Of a stretch of DNA of 64,000 nucleotides, positions 16,956-29,459 are shown in pieces (position 1 is the stretch's first letter; each line of letters starts with the position of its first letter). The notes beneath the pieces are model-generated. The model was not told where the DNA came from. It made no database searches and saw only the letters and a program-made list of their open reading frames with translations. The stretch spans positions 100,380,001-100,444,000 of the forward strand of contig CM052816.1 in the NCBI GenBank assembly GCA_028534125.1. The letters run 5' to 3'. Source of the stretch: Lama glama (Eukaryota). Position numbers and translations under genes: made by a program.

Positions 16956-19524
16956 AACATTGCCTGTTATACAATCTTTGTTGGTTGTTTAACAAGAATT
17001 CTTTACTAATTTATATCTTAAATTGTAAATAAAAACAAACTAGTCTACAACAGTACGGTGTCTGGGGCTCATTTGTCCTGGAAGAGTGATCTGGGGGTGG
17101 GGGGGCCCTAGTGGTAGCAGCCCCTCCCCCAGGTGATCTGGCCTTAGGCTTTTTAATGAAAATGTGTAAAATAATCCCTCCCTTCTCCTGTCCATACAAA
17201 AGACAGATGGAAGAGAAATACACAGGAGGGAGCTACATATGGTTTTAGACTATTTATATACACATGCATTGCAAAAAAATTAAGATTTTGTGCTCCGAAT
17301 ATGCAGATGTCTTGTTAGTATACATTAAAAAGAAAACAAGGCAAAATAAAATGGTCTGATACCCCTGTGAATTAGGACCCATTTTATATTTATTTCTGAT
17401 ACAGGCTTATTGAATCTCCTCAGTAACTAGAATTGTGCTGACGTGGGTCACAGTTACATCCCTCCCCATAACTTCTTGAGGAGAATAATTATTTATCTTA
17501 ACCTTGAATTATCCAAATTGGCATAGACTCTTCAGATTTATTGAACAACTTCTTGCCTTGCCTTTTCATATGACTCACATTAAACACAAGGCGGAAAATC
17601 TGGGAGGAGAGATTTATTCTCCTTCCAGTGGTTCTTACCCTAACCCCGAGGGAAAGAGAAGTTTAAAGTACCTTCCACCACTGCCTCGTTATGTGTTACT
17701 CACTATCTAATTATAGGACAAGAATAGAATTTGTAGTCAAGGAACATATTGTCTTTGATTAGTATCATAAAAACAGCAAAACTGTCACTTTAATTTCCAG
17801 CAAAATTTTATGGATATCCCTCTAATATAATTTCAGAAAAGAAATGAACAATCATTTATTTCCTCTCAAAAGATAAATTGAGTGAATATAACTTACGGTT
17901 ATAAAACAAGAATAATAGCTTCTCAGATTGCCCTTTAATCAATCATACACTTATTTTTCAAGAGGTTCATCTATTTTATTCCATGATTAATAATGCTGCA
18001 GCCTGAGAGCATTATTGGATCCCAGCGGGGGTCGTCCCGGACGCTTTTAGCTGCTTTGGAATGGTCAGTTGGGGTTCATTATGGGCTGATATTGAACAAT
18101 TTATAAAATCTTGTCTAAACATCTGCCAGTGCTGATAGGCCGATGTGTCTGAGGATGGGAAATTGCCAGGCCAGATGATATTGACAAACGCATCTCTCTC
18201 CAGTGGCTTTTTGTGCAGTAGAAATTAGTGGCCTCTTGCTGGGGTCTTGTTAGAAAGGGTATTTGAAAGTAATCTTAGATACTTGAGGCAAAGCCAGGGG
18301 GCTGTGAACTGGTCACAGAGCCGTGCCTGTAGGGAGGAGCGATGTGGTCTGACTGCGGATTGAGGAGCAGACCAAGGTTTCGGTTTTCTATTGCTTCTCA
18401 GACATTTTGTTGGTTTTGAGTTGGTAAGCATTTGGAGGTTAGCAGAAAGTGAATCTTTGGGGTGGAGAACTATTTTCCTCTCCTTCCTGCCTCCCCTAGT
18501 AAGAGACCAGGACCTGTCTGGACCCGAGCTATCTCTCTCAGCAACAGGGAAGATGTTTCCCGCGGGAAGTCTGGCCACTCTGTGGCAGCATGTCTGGAAG
18601 AAAGCGAATTCGAGTCTGTGGGCATGAAAGTGAGCCTCCGGGAGTGCCTTTGCTCGTTTTGGTTTTAGAGGAAGGCTTTGTAGAATTTCGGTGAAGATAA
18701 TGGCTTTCACTCCAGGAATCACGCTTTAGGATGCAATATGAAGGCATTAAGCACTTTGCTTTTATTAACATTAGCCATCTTTCCTAAATCAGCAGGGAAT
18801 ACAGTGCACATGGCAGCGATATCTCTGTTATACGTAAGATTATAATTTAAGTATTTTGAAGACTTCAGTGAAAAGTATGGAAGTTAACAATATTTAACAA
18901 ATTAAAACACTGAGACATCATGCACCCTAATGAAGCTACACACTGACACCGCTCCATTTCTTCAAAGAAACATAGAGTGTGCACGTAGAAAACCCGAGTG
19001 AAAATTCACCTCCTTGCCTGTGTTCAGAAACTGAAGCCTGGATGAAAGCTGGCTCCCTTTGGAACAGAAGATTGCTTTACCTGGACAAGTGATCCCTTCC
19101 CTACATGCACACACACACGCACACACAGACACCAGACCTCGTTCTCCACCACAGCGTGCACCTTTCAGTTGGTGAAAACTCAAAGCAGCTCAGGAGATTA
19201 ACCCAGCCTAACAAATCTTCTTTGATGTTTATATGCCCAACAAATTATCAAAGATTTCCATAACTCACCCACCCTGCCTCCTGGCCTGAATTTCTTTCTG
19301 GGAAACTTGATTTGTAATGGCCGCTAAGAATATAAAACCTGCAGGTGTTTCGGGGGGGACTTTTTAAGGAAACGCAGAGCGAGCTCTGGTTTCTCCATGC
19401 GGATCTCTAGGCAGGATGAAGGAAGACACGACGAGAGAGACAGAGACAGGGAGATCCTTCTTAGGGAAGGAAGTTGCTGTGCCTGATTCTTATTTTTTGC
19501 TTTAAAATCTAGTTAATAAAAAAC

Positions 19525-20170
19525 GTCCCGGCCAACGTAGACTCGTGCCGTTGTGGGCGGAGGAGGGGGAGAGGGAGGCGCGCGGCGGCGGCGCGAGGCC
19601 GGGGCGGGACGCGGGCCTTGCGGGGCTCGGGCGCAGACTTGGCGGGGACGGAGCCCGCGCGGCCCCGGGTACCTTACAGCCGATTTATCGCAGTTCGCGC
19701 TTTAATCTCAGGTGGGCCCCGGGGGCCGGGCGCTGCCCGGAGCACAGGGAGGGAGCGCTGGCCCAGCGGCCACGGCCTCCCGCGCCCGTCAGATGTCAAC
19801 ATTTGTTCCCAATAAAAGAGTTATTGTTTCTGCAAAGCTGCCCGGCAACTGCCTTTGAAACTTGCAAAGAACTTCATCCACCTTTGTCTGCGTTCAGGCC
19901 GCGGGGCGGGGCGGGGGGCCGGGCCGGGGCCCCGCGCGGCGCGCACCCCGGGCCGCCGCCGGCAGGGCTGGTCCCCGAGGCCGGCGGGACAGCGGCCGGG
20001 CCTCCGCGAGGCCGTCCCCGGCGTGTGTGGATCCGGCCTCTGCCGACCCGGCCGGGACGAACCGCTGCGGACAAGCGCCCACGAAGCCGCCGCCGCCGCC
20101 ACAGCCCGCCTGCGTTTCAGGGTCACTTAAAACCGCGTTTAAATCTTATTAAAGAGGCCGAGCGGAGTCG
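19525..20170. promoter_or_regulatory. CpG island 3' of IRX2
   Basis: Abrupt switch to very high GC and CpG density between AT-rich flanks. Confidence 0.8.
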
Positions 20171-21939
20171 ACCTTTTGTTTCTTAACATGACAGAATCAA
20201 TGTGCCCCAAACTTTCTCTGCTAGAACCGGAGTAAACAGGCATCGGTTTGCAAAAATCATTCCAAAGCAATTTATCTGTTCCGTCAGAGACACCCTTTTC
20301 ACTTGTAAATAATGCTCTGGATTATGAGAAAGTTCCTCCAAGTAACAGCCTATCAGGATCAGTCACCGTATAATGTCTCTTTAGTTCACCAGTGCACTGA
20401 AAATCCCAAGGAAAACATGCATTTTAACCCCCAATTAGGGGCATAAATAGATCCATTAAATATGTGTTTTCACACTGCTTTTACGAAAAATAACATTTTA
20501 AACATTTTTAAAAATGTCTTAACTGAAGAGGCAATTTGGGGAACAATGCACCACAGTCTGTGATATGTGTATATTATGATGAACATCATTTGAATTTCTA
20601 CAAATCGCAAAGGGGACATGTCCCTTTGATGTATTTGCAAACCTTTATGTAAGTGACAAATCCCTACAGATATTTTAAAAGCTTATTATAAGGAGCGGTA
20701 ATCTATGACAATATAATTTTCCAGTTGCTGGAAATTACTTCCTATTGGTCATAATGAAAGCACAGGCCACCAGCCCTCCCCGCTGCTGGGGCTGGAATGT
20801 GAGGAAACTGGTATTTGATGATTTGCACTTGGACCTCAAGCATTGATAGGCAAGAGAGGAATCTGTTTTAGGGAGCCAACACCCCCATTTGCATGTTCCC
20901 ATCTTCTCTTTCCCGTGTGTCTCCTGCAAACAGAGGGACCTAGTCTCAGCTGGAACCTTCACCCTCCACGCAGAGAATAAGCTTGTATTCCCTCTACTGA
21001 GGACAGAATGTCCTGCCTCTTTCTAAGAAAGATAAAAAATGAAGAAGTTCTGAAGGAGGACCATCCTGGTGATACAGTCCAAGTGACTTATGAAACCTGC
21101 CGTCCGTTCTTTCGCAATCCCTTGGAAAGGGGAAGAGGGAAAATGTTTTTTGTTTGTTTGTTCTAAGTGCAGCCCCAAGATAATAAGAAAACATCTTTTT
21201 AAAAGGTGCCCCAGTGTTACTTTGTTCTAGATGGAACTGAAAACAAGTTCAATCTAATACTCTTGAAGAAGCAACTGTGAGGTCGGGGCTGCTTCCAGGT
21301 GGGAACTGGTGGCTCTTCCGAGGCAGCGCCAGGGGGAGGGAACGACACAATGCTACCCAAGCACTCATGTTTTGTGGGGGAGATAAGTTGGCAGTTTATT
21401 GTGTGTGTGAGTCCTGATCAATTATTAATCATTAGTGTCAACAATAGAGTCCTAATGACCTTCGGTTATTTTAAAGAATATTTATTTTTTTTCATTTCTC
21501 TGATCAGGTAATTATTTAATGCTCTTGAGTAACGATTCCAAGGGGAGCTGATCAGATCGGGTTCCTCTGTGCCCTCCTCTTGGTGACCTTTAGGGAGAAC
21601 ACATTCACTCTCTCCTTGTCAGAAATTCCCCCGTCTCTGTTCTACCAGCGGGCACCTTCTACCTACCTCCCCTCCTCCCTCGCCATAAGTAATGATTCCA
21701 GAGGAAAAGGGGAAAATGACAAACAAATAGAGCGCAGCTGGAATTAATAAGGCTGATCAAAGTTAGCGGGGGGCCGGGGCTGCTTGCAGCCACCGCAGGT
21801 CTAAGGCCCATGAAGATACTAGCAATTCTCGCCTTTTCCCTCCAAGATCAAGAGAAAGGGCAAAGCGAGCACTTTAACCCCTGACATCTTCCAACCGGGG
21901 AAGGTGGGGTGGGGTGGGGGAGGGCCCCTGTTTTCAGGC

Positions 21940-23900
21940 GGCGCTAAAGGCAGCAGAGCGGGGCTGCCTCGGCCCGGGGAGCGAAGGGCGTGTTAGCCCA
22001 GCGCAGCTGCGGTTCCCGCATGCTCCCGGCTCCCGCACCCCAGCTCCCGCCAAGTGGGGGCGTCCTCGGCCCTGCAAAGTAGGGAGGTGAGTTAGCAGGT
22101 CAGGTGGGGACAAGTAGGCGGCCCAGGAAGACGGGAGAGGCCGATCTGTGTCCGGATGAGCCCGGTGGAGAGAGGCAGCGTTGGCCTGGAAGGCTACTCC
22201 GCAGCGCGCGGAAGCAGAACCCTGGTGGTCGCCCTCGCTTTCCACACGCCTGCCGGCCTGCTCCGGACCGCTCTCTCCCTGGGGAGCCCCGGGGGCCCGA
22301 AGCTCATTAATATCCTTTAACCCAGGTGGGTTCCAAGCCCAAGTTTGGCCCTGCACAGCTACTACAAGCATTTTTTCAGGGAACTGTCTTTTCTCCGCGG
22401 TCTCCAGCCCCCTGGACCGTCCAGGCTTAGGGTGTCCTTCAGGGGACACCCCCAGACCTATTTCTGTCCTGCGGTCGTCCAGCTCAGAGCCGCCATGTGT
22501 GCGCTTATTGGTCACATCGAGGCCCCCAGAGGCAGCGAGCGGGGCCGAGGCGGGCGAGCCGAGTAGCAGCAGGTCGAGGGAGCGCGGAGATGCGCGGCAC
22601 CGCAGGATCGGGCTGGGATCCCTGGGCCGGGGGCACAGGGAGGTGCCTGGGGGTGGGGAGGCGGCCGCGCGGGCGGGCGCAGAGGAGAGGGCTGAGCCGA
22701 AGCCCGGAATCTCCTGGCCACGACAGCCTAGGAGGCCCAGATCCAGCAGCCTGCTTTAGTTCTCCCGCCACGTTCGGGTCCCATCCCCTCGAGGGGAGAG
22801 GGGTCGGGCCCTTCGCAGCCTCCCTGGGGGAGGCCGCAGCCAGGCGTTCGGAGCCGTCCACAATCCTGCAGGATCGACGCCGGCCAGCTCCCAGAGGAGG
22901 CCCCATTCCGGGCTCCCCTCAACTCCCACTCCCGGCTCCACTCCCATAGCCCCCATCCTGTCCCTACCCGTGTCCCCTCACCCCAGGTTCCGCTCTGGGT
23001 CCCCAACCAGGCTCTACGCAAGGGCCCCTCCCGCAGGCCCCACTCTGGAACCCACCGCCCAGGCCCTACTCCAGCTCCCTCCCCCAGGCAAGTCTCCCCT
23101 CCTCTCAGTCTCTCTCTCGGACCTCCAGCCCTGCTCTTGACCCCCCCCCCCGTTGGCAGCTCTGGGTCCCGCCCCTCAGCGCTGCGGGGAGGCCGCCTGG
23201 CCGGGCGCGGTGCGTGTGCGACCGGAAGGGGACGAGGCCCTCTCGCAGCTGCCGCAAACCGAAGGCGCTGCCTCCGCGTTTAGGACGATCGAGGGACGGT
23301 CGGGCCCTTCCAGCGCCCAGGAGGGAGGAGCCGCCGCCAGCCTGGCCGACTACCCCTTCCCTCCGTTCTCCTGCGGTCTCTTCTGCACGCACAACGCAAT
23401 CGCGCGGTGCCTGGCAGCAGAGCCGGTTCTGATACTCGCTCAGCCGCGGAGAGAACTCGCCCGCACTGGCGGCAGCCCGCGTGGCGCGCGCCTGGATCGT
23501 CCCGCCGGGAGGTGACCGGCGCGGGGACCCCGCGCATACCCGGCTGCCGCCCCAGGACCCGCGTGGAGCCCGACTGCGCGGCCAGCCTCGCGGGGCCGCG
23601 CCTCCCCGGACGACCTGGACAAACACAGCAAGGATCCGCAGGGCGCTCGAGTGAGCCGCGGGCATCTGGGCGCGACTCCCCGCCTGCCAATGGCCTGGAC
23701 ATCCCTTCTCCTTTTTAGGGAATTAACCAGGCGAAGTCAGGGTTTTACAGGCCTGACAACGCAAATTTAGGTACCTGGACACACCCTCCCCCGCCTCTCC
23801 GTGCTTCTTTCTTTAAGAACAGGCTGGAGGGCTGCCTGGAGTTGGGGACGCCCACGCGGACGCAGCAGTGTTCACGGCCCAGTTGGGGGCGCCTGCGAGC
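21940..23900. promoter_or_regulatory. CpG island ~5-7 kb 3' of IRX2
   Basis: Dense CpG, GC boxes and a CCAAT at ~23687. No supportable coding exon. Confidence 0.75.
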
Positions 23901-26777
23901 ACGCCAGGTCACCTGGGTTCCGGCCTGCTATGACACCTCAGGACAAGACCCCGAGTCAAGGTGTTGGGGGGGTCCTTGAACCCATTCTAGGCCCAACACT
24001 TCATTTTGGGGGCTCGTGGCTGCCACTGGTGACTTTGACTTGGACGCTCAGAATTGGCAGCAGAGGGGCAGGACCATAGGAGCACCGTCCTTAGCTGGAG
24101 AGGGTCCCAGAGCAGCGCAGGACGTGCAGGAGGCACCAGCGGCCGCGGGGGAGGCTCTGGGGGTGAGGGTGGGGGGCGGGTGAGGGTAGGATCCAGGAGG
24201 TGGTGTGCTCTGTGACATTTAGGAGGCAGGCCCTCTTGTTGATCTGGGGAAATTGTGTCCCCAAAGCGACCTCGGCCCCATCCTTCCCGCCATCTGACTC
24301 AGTGGTAACTTGATCCTGGAGGTCCGCACAGCTGAGATAGGGAGATGGTGAATGCGGCCTGGACCAGCCAGCCAAGGCATGGAGGCCAGGAGGGGGTGGG
24401 GCGGGAGGGGGGGGCCTCACGGACCCCTGGGTCCAAGTCTGGGCAGGTCCCATGAGGAGGCTAGTTTATTTAAATAGGAGGCCCAGGCCAGTTTCAGGTT
24501 TATTCTTTCTGGCTCTTAAGCAGTGGAAAAACAATTTGTTTTAAAACGATTAGTGATACTCAGCCCCTCAAATAATACTGCGTCAGGTGGTAATGGGCCC
24601 AGATATAAACAGCGGCTACCTTCCCGGGGTGGAGGTGGGGCGAGCTCAAGCCTGGATGAGAAGCACATTTGGCTTAACATCTCCTCGGGGCTTGACCTCT
24701 TATAAAGGACGGGGCTGAGTTAAGGCTGTGCTTTGAAAGAAGATGAAGTCAGCCTGCCAGCAGGCAGACCCACAAGTGAGTTATAATGTAAACTTTCTTT
24801 GGACTTTAGATCTTCAAGCAGAAGCAAGCGATGCATTTAGGCACAAGCCCCTCCTGTCCCTGCCTTCCCAGTGCACCGGGGGCAGAGAGGCTGGGAAGAA
24901 GGCCAGCTGCAGGTGGGCTGTGGGCTGCAGGAGAGGGGCAGGGGTGCTCCCAGGCCAGGGGGGCCCTTAGCCTGACTGTTACCTTGAGGTCAGAAAAAAA
25001 CGCTGGCAGCAAGTCTGTCACGCAGGAAAGGACCAGTGGATTTCCTAAAATCATCTTGGCGTCAAACGGCCCAGGAAGCACTAATTTCCTGGTACCCGGC
25101 CTCCTTCTGTGGCAGCCTCAGGCAGGATGCTTGGAGGCAGGTGCCTCCTCCAGGGATCACCAGGAGCGGGTCCCACTCAAGTGATGGAGGGTGAGATCTC
25201 AACAGGGCGGGTGGCCCCCTTGGCAGGGCCCTGGCCCTGGCTCTGGGCAGCGGTCCTGCAGGGGGTGCAGCGCACGCACTCTGGAGGCTGAGCTGCTGGG
25301 CAGAGAGCTCCCGGACACGAGGGTGCCTGCCAGTGACCTCCACAGCATGGGGATGGGAGGGGACAGGGTGGCCCCCTGACTGCCCCAAGTGGCCCTCCTC
25401 CCAACGCGCGGCTCCTCCTGCACAGGAGGCGCGGGTTCGACAGGCCCACGTGTCGCCGTCACCTGCCCTGCTCCTCAGGCTCCCCGCCCACACCTCAGCC
25501 CGAGGCCCAGGGAGGGCCACGTGGGCGCCGCGGCGAGGGGATGAACGAGGCCCGTTCAGTGTCTGAACAGTGAACATTTGTGAATCAGGTTTACAAACTG
25601 CTCTGTGCAGCATGTTTTATCCTTCTCCCTGGGAAAATACACCTTCAACTGACAAAATCACAAAGCACGTGCGAAGCATGATTTGCAGGGACGTCATCAA
25701 CGTATCAAAGAGGACCGGATTTAATGATTACTGCGCCTGTCTGGGTGTTTTGTTCTGAGGAGGGGTGACAAGGCTTAGGTTTGTCATGAAATAAAGACAG
25801 TGTAATTCATAAATTATATATTTCTTCGGTTTTTTCTTTTTCAGCAGGATCCCTTCTTACCTGGTCTATATATCCATCTTTTCACATCATTTCTCTTCTA
25901 CCAACAACAATTCAAAACTTGAAAAGTACTGTATTCCAAGTGGACATTTAAATCTATTTTCAACAGAACCCGTAGAGTAAACCAGATGCAGAAAAATAAA
26001 AATGGCCCATTTGCTGTTTTCTGATAAACAGTTTTTCTTCTCAAATATTCAAAGGTTTCTACTAAGATTGGAGGGCAAAATACATATAATTTATAAACAC
26101 CAAACAATTAAATAAAAGCTTTAAAAGACAAAGCTGCATGATTTTAATTTTGAGAAACGTGATCTCTGACAGAAGGAGGATCTGAGAACACGGGCAGAGA
26201 AGGAGGGGTGTGGTGGGGGCACGGGGGAGACTCCGGGCTGGACTCGGCTCTGACGCGTGTCCCGAGGTCCAGCCGAGGGCAGGCGTGTGTGCATCTTTTC
26301 TGAGCCTCCTCCTCCCCCGTTCATGTAAGAAGCCATGTCACCCGCCCAAAGAGCTGTGGGAAGATTTGATGCCAACCTGTGGCTGGGGCACTGGGGGCAA
26401 GACTGGAGAAGTGGTCTCAACTGCACTAGGGGTTGGATGTCAGTGGGTGTGGCCTGGTGGGCAAAGGTCATTTTAATGGGATGAGACTCAGGAGCAGAGA
26501 AGGACCCCAGTAATGCCCTGACTGGGGACGGGTAGGGTGGGGAAGAGACTGGAGTGGATCTTTTCCTTGGAGTTCGACAGCTGTCTGCCTCAGTCCAGCA
26601 CCGCTCGCCTAAGGGGGAGCCTTTCCCCGCCGCTGCGATCGCAAGGCAGCCTCTCCACAGCCGGATTCGCACTTTCCAGCTTGGGTCCCACACGGGAAGC
26701 TGGGCCCCACTTACACATTTTACTGCTTTGCATCATTTGGAAAATCAAACATTAGCACATGTGTCTTACACATTTGA

Positions 26778-27040
26778 TTTTTAAAATAGACTTGATATTT
26801 TAGAGCAGTTACAGGGTTACAGAAAAACTACACAGTGAATACAAAAAATTCCCATACAGGTCTGTCCACATGCTCAACAAACATTTCCCCTATCTCCACA
26901 TCCTGCATGAGTGCCTGCATTTGTTACAATTGATGGTCCGAAATTGATACATTATTATTAACTTGAGCCCACAGTTTCCATTAGGGTTCAGTCTCTGGGT
27001 TGCACATTCTGCAGGTTCTGATAAATGCACAATGTCATTG
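26778..27040 (-). mobile_element. L1MC/L1MD-like 3' end fragment
   Basis: TTTTAGAGCAGTTACAGGGTTACAGAAAAACT..TTCCCATAC..CATTTGTTACAATTGATG..TTGATACATTATTATTAAC..ATTAGGGTTCA matches the recalled antisense L1MC terminus. Confidence 0.8.
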
Positions 27041-27215
27041 GTTTGATTTTACATAGCACAAAAAACGGTCCTCTCCCTGACCTCAGAGGCATCTCAGACT
27101 TCTGCAAGAAATAATAGATACAATCAATTAAAAAGTACAATAAGAATAGAATACAAAGAACACAGGAGTATACACATAAATGTTCAAACATAAATATATA
27201 AATATATATAAATTA

Positions 27216-27400
27216 CAGAGTTGCCAAATGAAATACAAGACATCCAGTTGCACTTGATATTTTGATAGACTATGGACGCCTTGGTAGTGTAAGTAAGGCC
27301 CATGCAGTGTTCAGGACATACTCTAAAGTCTTGTTGGCTTTCTGTAACCTAAACTTAACTGGAGATTCTTTATTTTTATTTGCTGAATCTGGCAACCCTA
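27216..27400. mobile_element. MER53 (hAT-family MITE, palindromic)
   Basis: Termini AGAGTTGCCA...TGGCAACCCT, inner arms ATCCAGTT/AACTGGAG and the TATTTTTATTTGCTGAATCTGGCAACCCTA end. About 185 bp, consistent with recalled MER53. Confidence 0.85.
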
Positions 27401-29459
27401 ATATTGAAGAGATACATTAAAATTATTTGTCAAGTGAGTTTTTTCTTACACGACTTGGAACAGAGGTGTGTGGGAGGGAGGCACTGAGGCAGATTTAACA
27501 GAACTGAATTCAGCAACTGTGGGTGAGTGGAATTTGAGGTGCCATGTGACTTGGGTTCAAGCCAGAACCACCCTGCGGTAGAAAGCAAATGAACTTTGTC
27601 TTGAAACAGAGAGACTCCAACAATCCTTTCCACGTTTCTCTTCTGTTCTGGCCTGATCTCCAAACCTTCCAGGTCTCCTTTCTCCTGTGGAAACCCGCTC
27701 CCAAGTCACATGCTCTGCCCTTCAGTGAGGGCTGCTACTTGAATGCGGTCACTTCACATGGGCATGGATTTGTTCACAGCCACCCACGCTCAGGGCTTTT
27801 AGGTTCCACATTAAGAGACTTCATGTATTAGTCCAATGGTCCCGCAGCCAGTATTGACACGTGGGCCACCTGGAGAGAGATTCGGGGTCAGCTGCTCTGG
27901 CTTGGCCTCCAGTGAAGAAAGGAGGCTGAAAACACTAGAAGTGAATGCCCGTGGCAGGAACTCAGGCAGCATTTGGGTGACAGAGCTCGGACCTCGGCAG
28001 CATCCTCGGACTTCCGCCCGGGTGGATGGGGGAGGCAACGTGAGGACTCACCTGTTCTTTGAAGATCCAGACGTTTCCAGAGACCACGGAAGTCCTGCAA
28101 AGGAGCTGTCTGGAGATGGTGGAGACTGTGGCTTAGCGTGGCCCTCTAACTTCCATCAGAGGCAGGGGAAACGTCTGCGTCCTACAGGTGGTGATCTCAG
28201 TATTGGCCCAGCAGTGGGCACACAGACCAGTCTCAGCAAGCTCGGCAGGCAGGGGGGGTGGCAGTGGTTAGGCTTGGGTCCTGACCTCTTTTCTGCAGGT
28301 GATTTGACTTACAGCCTGTGTCTCGGCTCCAGCCAGCACCGAGGTCCAGGAACGCAATGGGGGGGTGGGCTTGATAGGTTTGTCCGGATCTGAAATCAAC
28401 ACAGTGAGTGTTTGTGGCCTCACGTGATTGCAGATAGAAAGGTGAGAGGCAACATGATGGAGTCAGAATGGTAGGTTTGGTCACGAGGCTTTTCCTGAGA
28501 TTCGGAGTCCTAGTGCGAGTCACCGCCTGCAGACACTGCATTCACACTGGTTCGTGTTGGATTGCTAGACTCTTGGTAATGGGCTTGAGTTCCTTTAAAA
28601 GTACCTACTTTTCAACTTGACAGAAATTAGAAGACATAACTTGAGTTTTCAATAATTTCTCGTTTGATTTCATTGTGTGGCTGAACAATTCCACTAATAA
28701 ATGTGTTATCAACGAGCCCTTAAAATCACTGTAAACCTCTAGGGACACAGATTTCTTAGGACTTTCCTATTGGTTTCAGAGGTTTCAATCACTGTGCATC
28801 CTCGAAAGTGTGTGTTTAGAACACACTCATCTCTGGTCTCTGGCCTGTAGTCTTTCTCCACGAGCACAGAGCAGGGTAATCCTACACCCCACGCTCGGCC
28901 CCGTCTGCTTCTGGTTCACCTCGGCTGCATTGCATGTCTGGAAAGACATCAGAGTTTGCTCAAAGAGACTGACTTTCAAGTGGGAATTTACGCTGGAAGC
29001 AGAGAACTTACGCTGAGAAGGAGAGCCCAGTGATGCACTAGGCCGGGGACGCAAACGAAACTGAACACGTTCCCTGCAACTGTTTTGACGGGAGGGCATG
29101 TGACGGTGACCAGCGGCGCTACCTACCCGCCTCCTCGGCCCCTTCCCTGCTGCTCCACCTCTGACCCAGCAGCCCTCCCTGTGGCCCTCCCGCCTCCGTC
29201 CGCCCATCACAACATCCAAACGCAGAGCTTCTGCCTCCAAGTCCTCCCCACACCAACCTCCAAAATGTCGTAGACTAAATGCCCGCCTGGTCAAGGGGCT
29301 GTGGGGGGGCCCACCAGCCTGCAGAATCAGACCCCAGACTCTGCCCACACTAGCAGGACCCGGGTCCTGCAGCCTCCTGGATAATCCTCCTCATTTTCCT
29401 TGCTTGCTCTTGTTAGAAAACACATCTTTGTGCTGGGAAACTGCAGACTGCTAGTTGCA

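Noticed and set aside
27460..27570. Possible MIR fragment
   Set aside because: Only faint similarity (GAGGCACTGAGGCAG..GGGTTCAAGCC); not supportable without an alignment.
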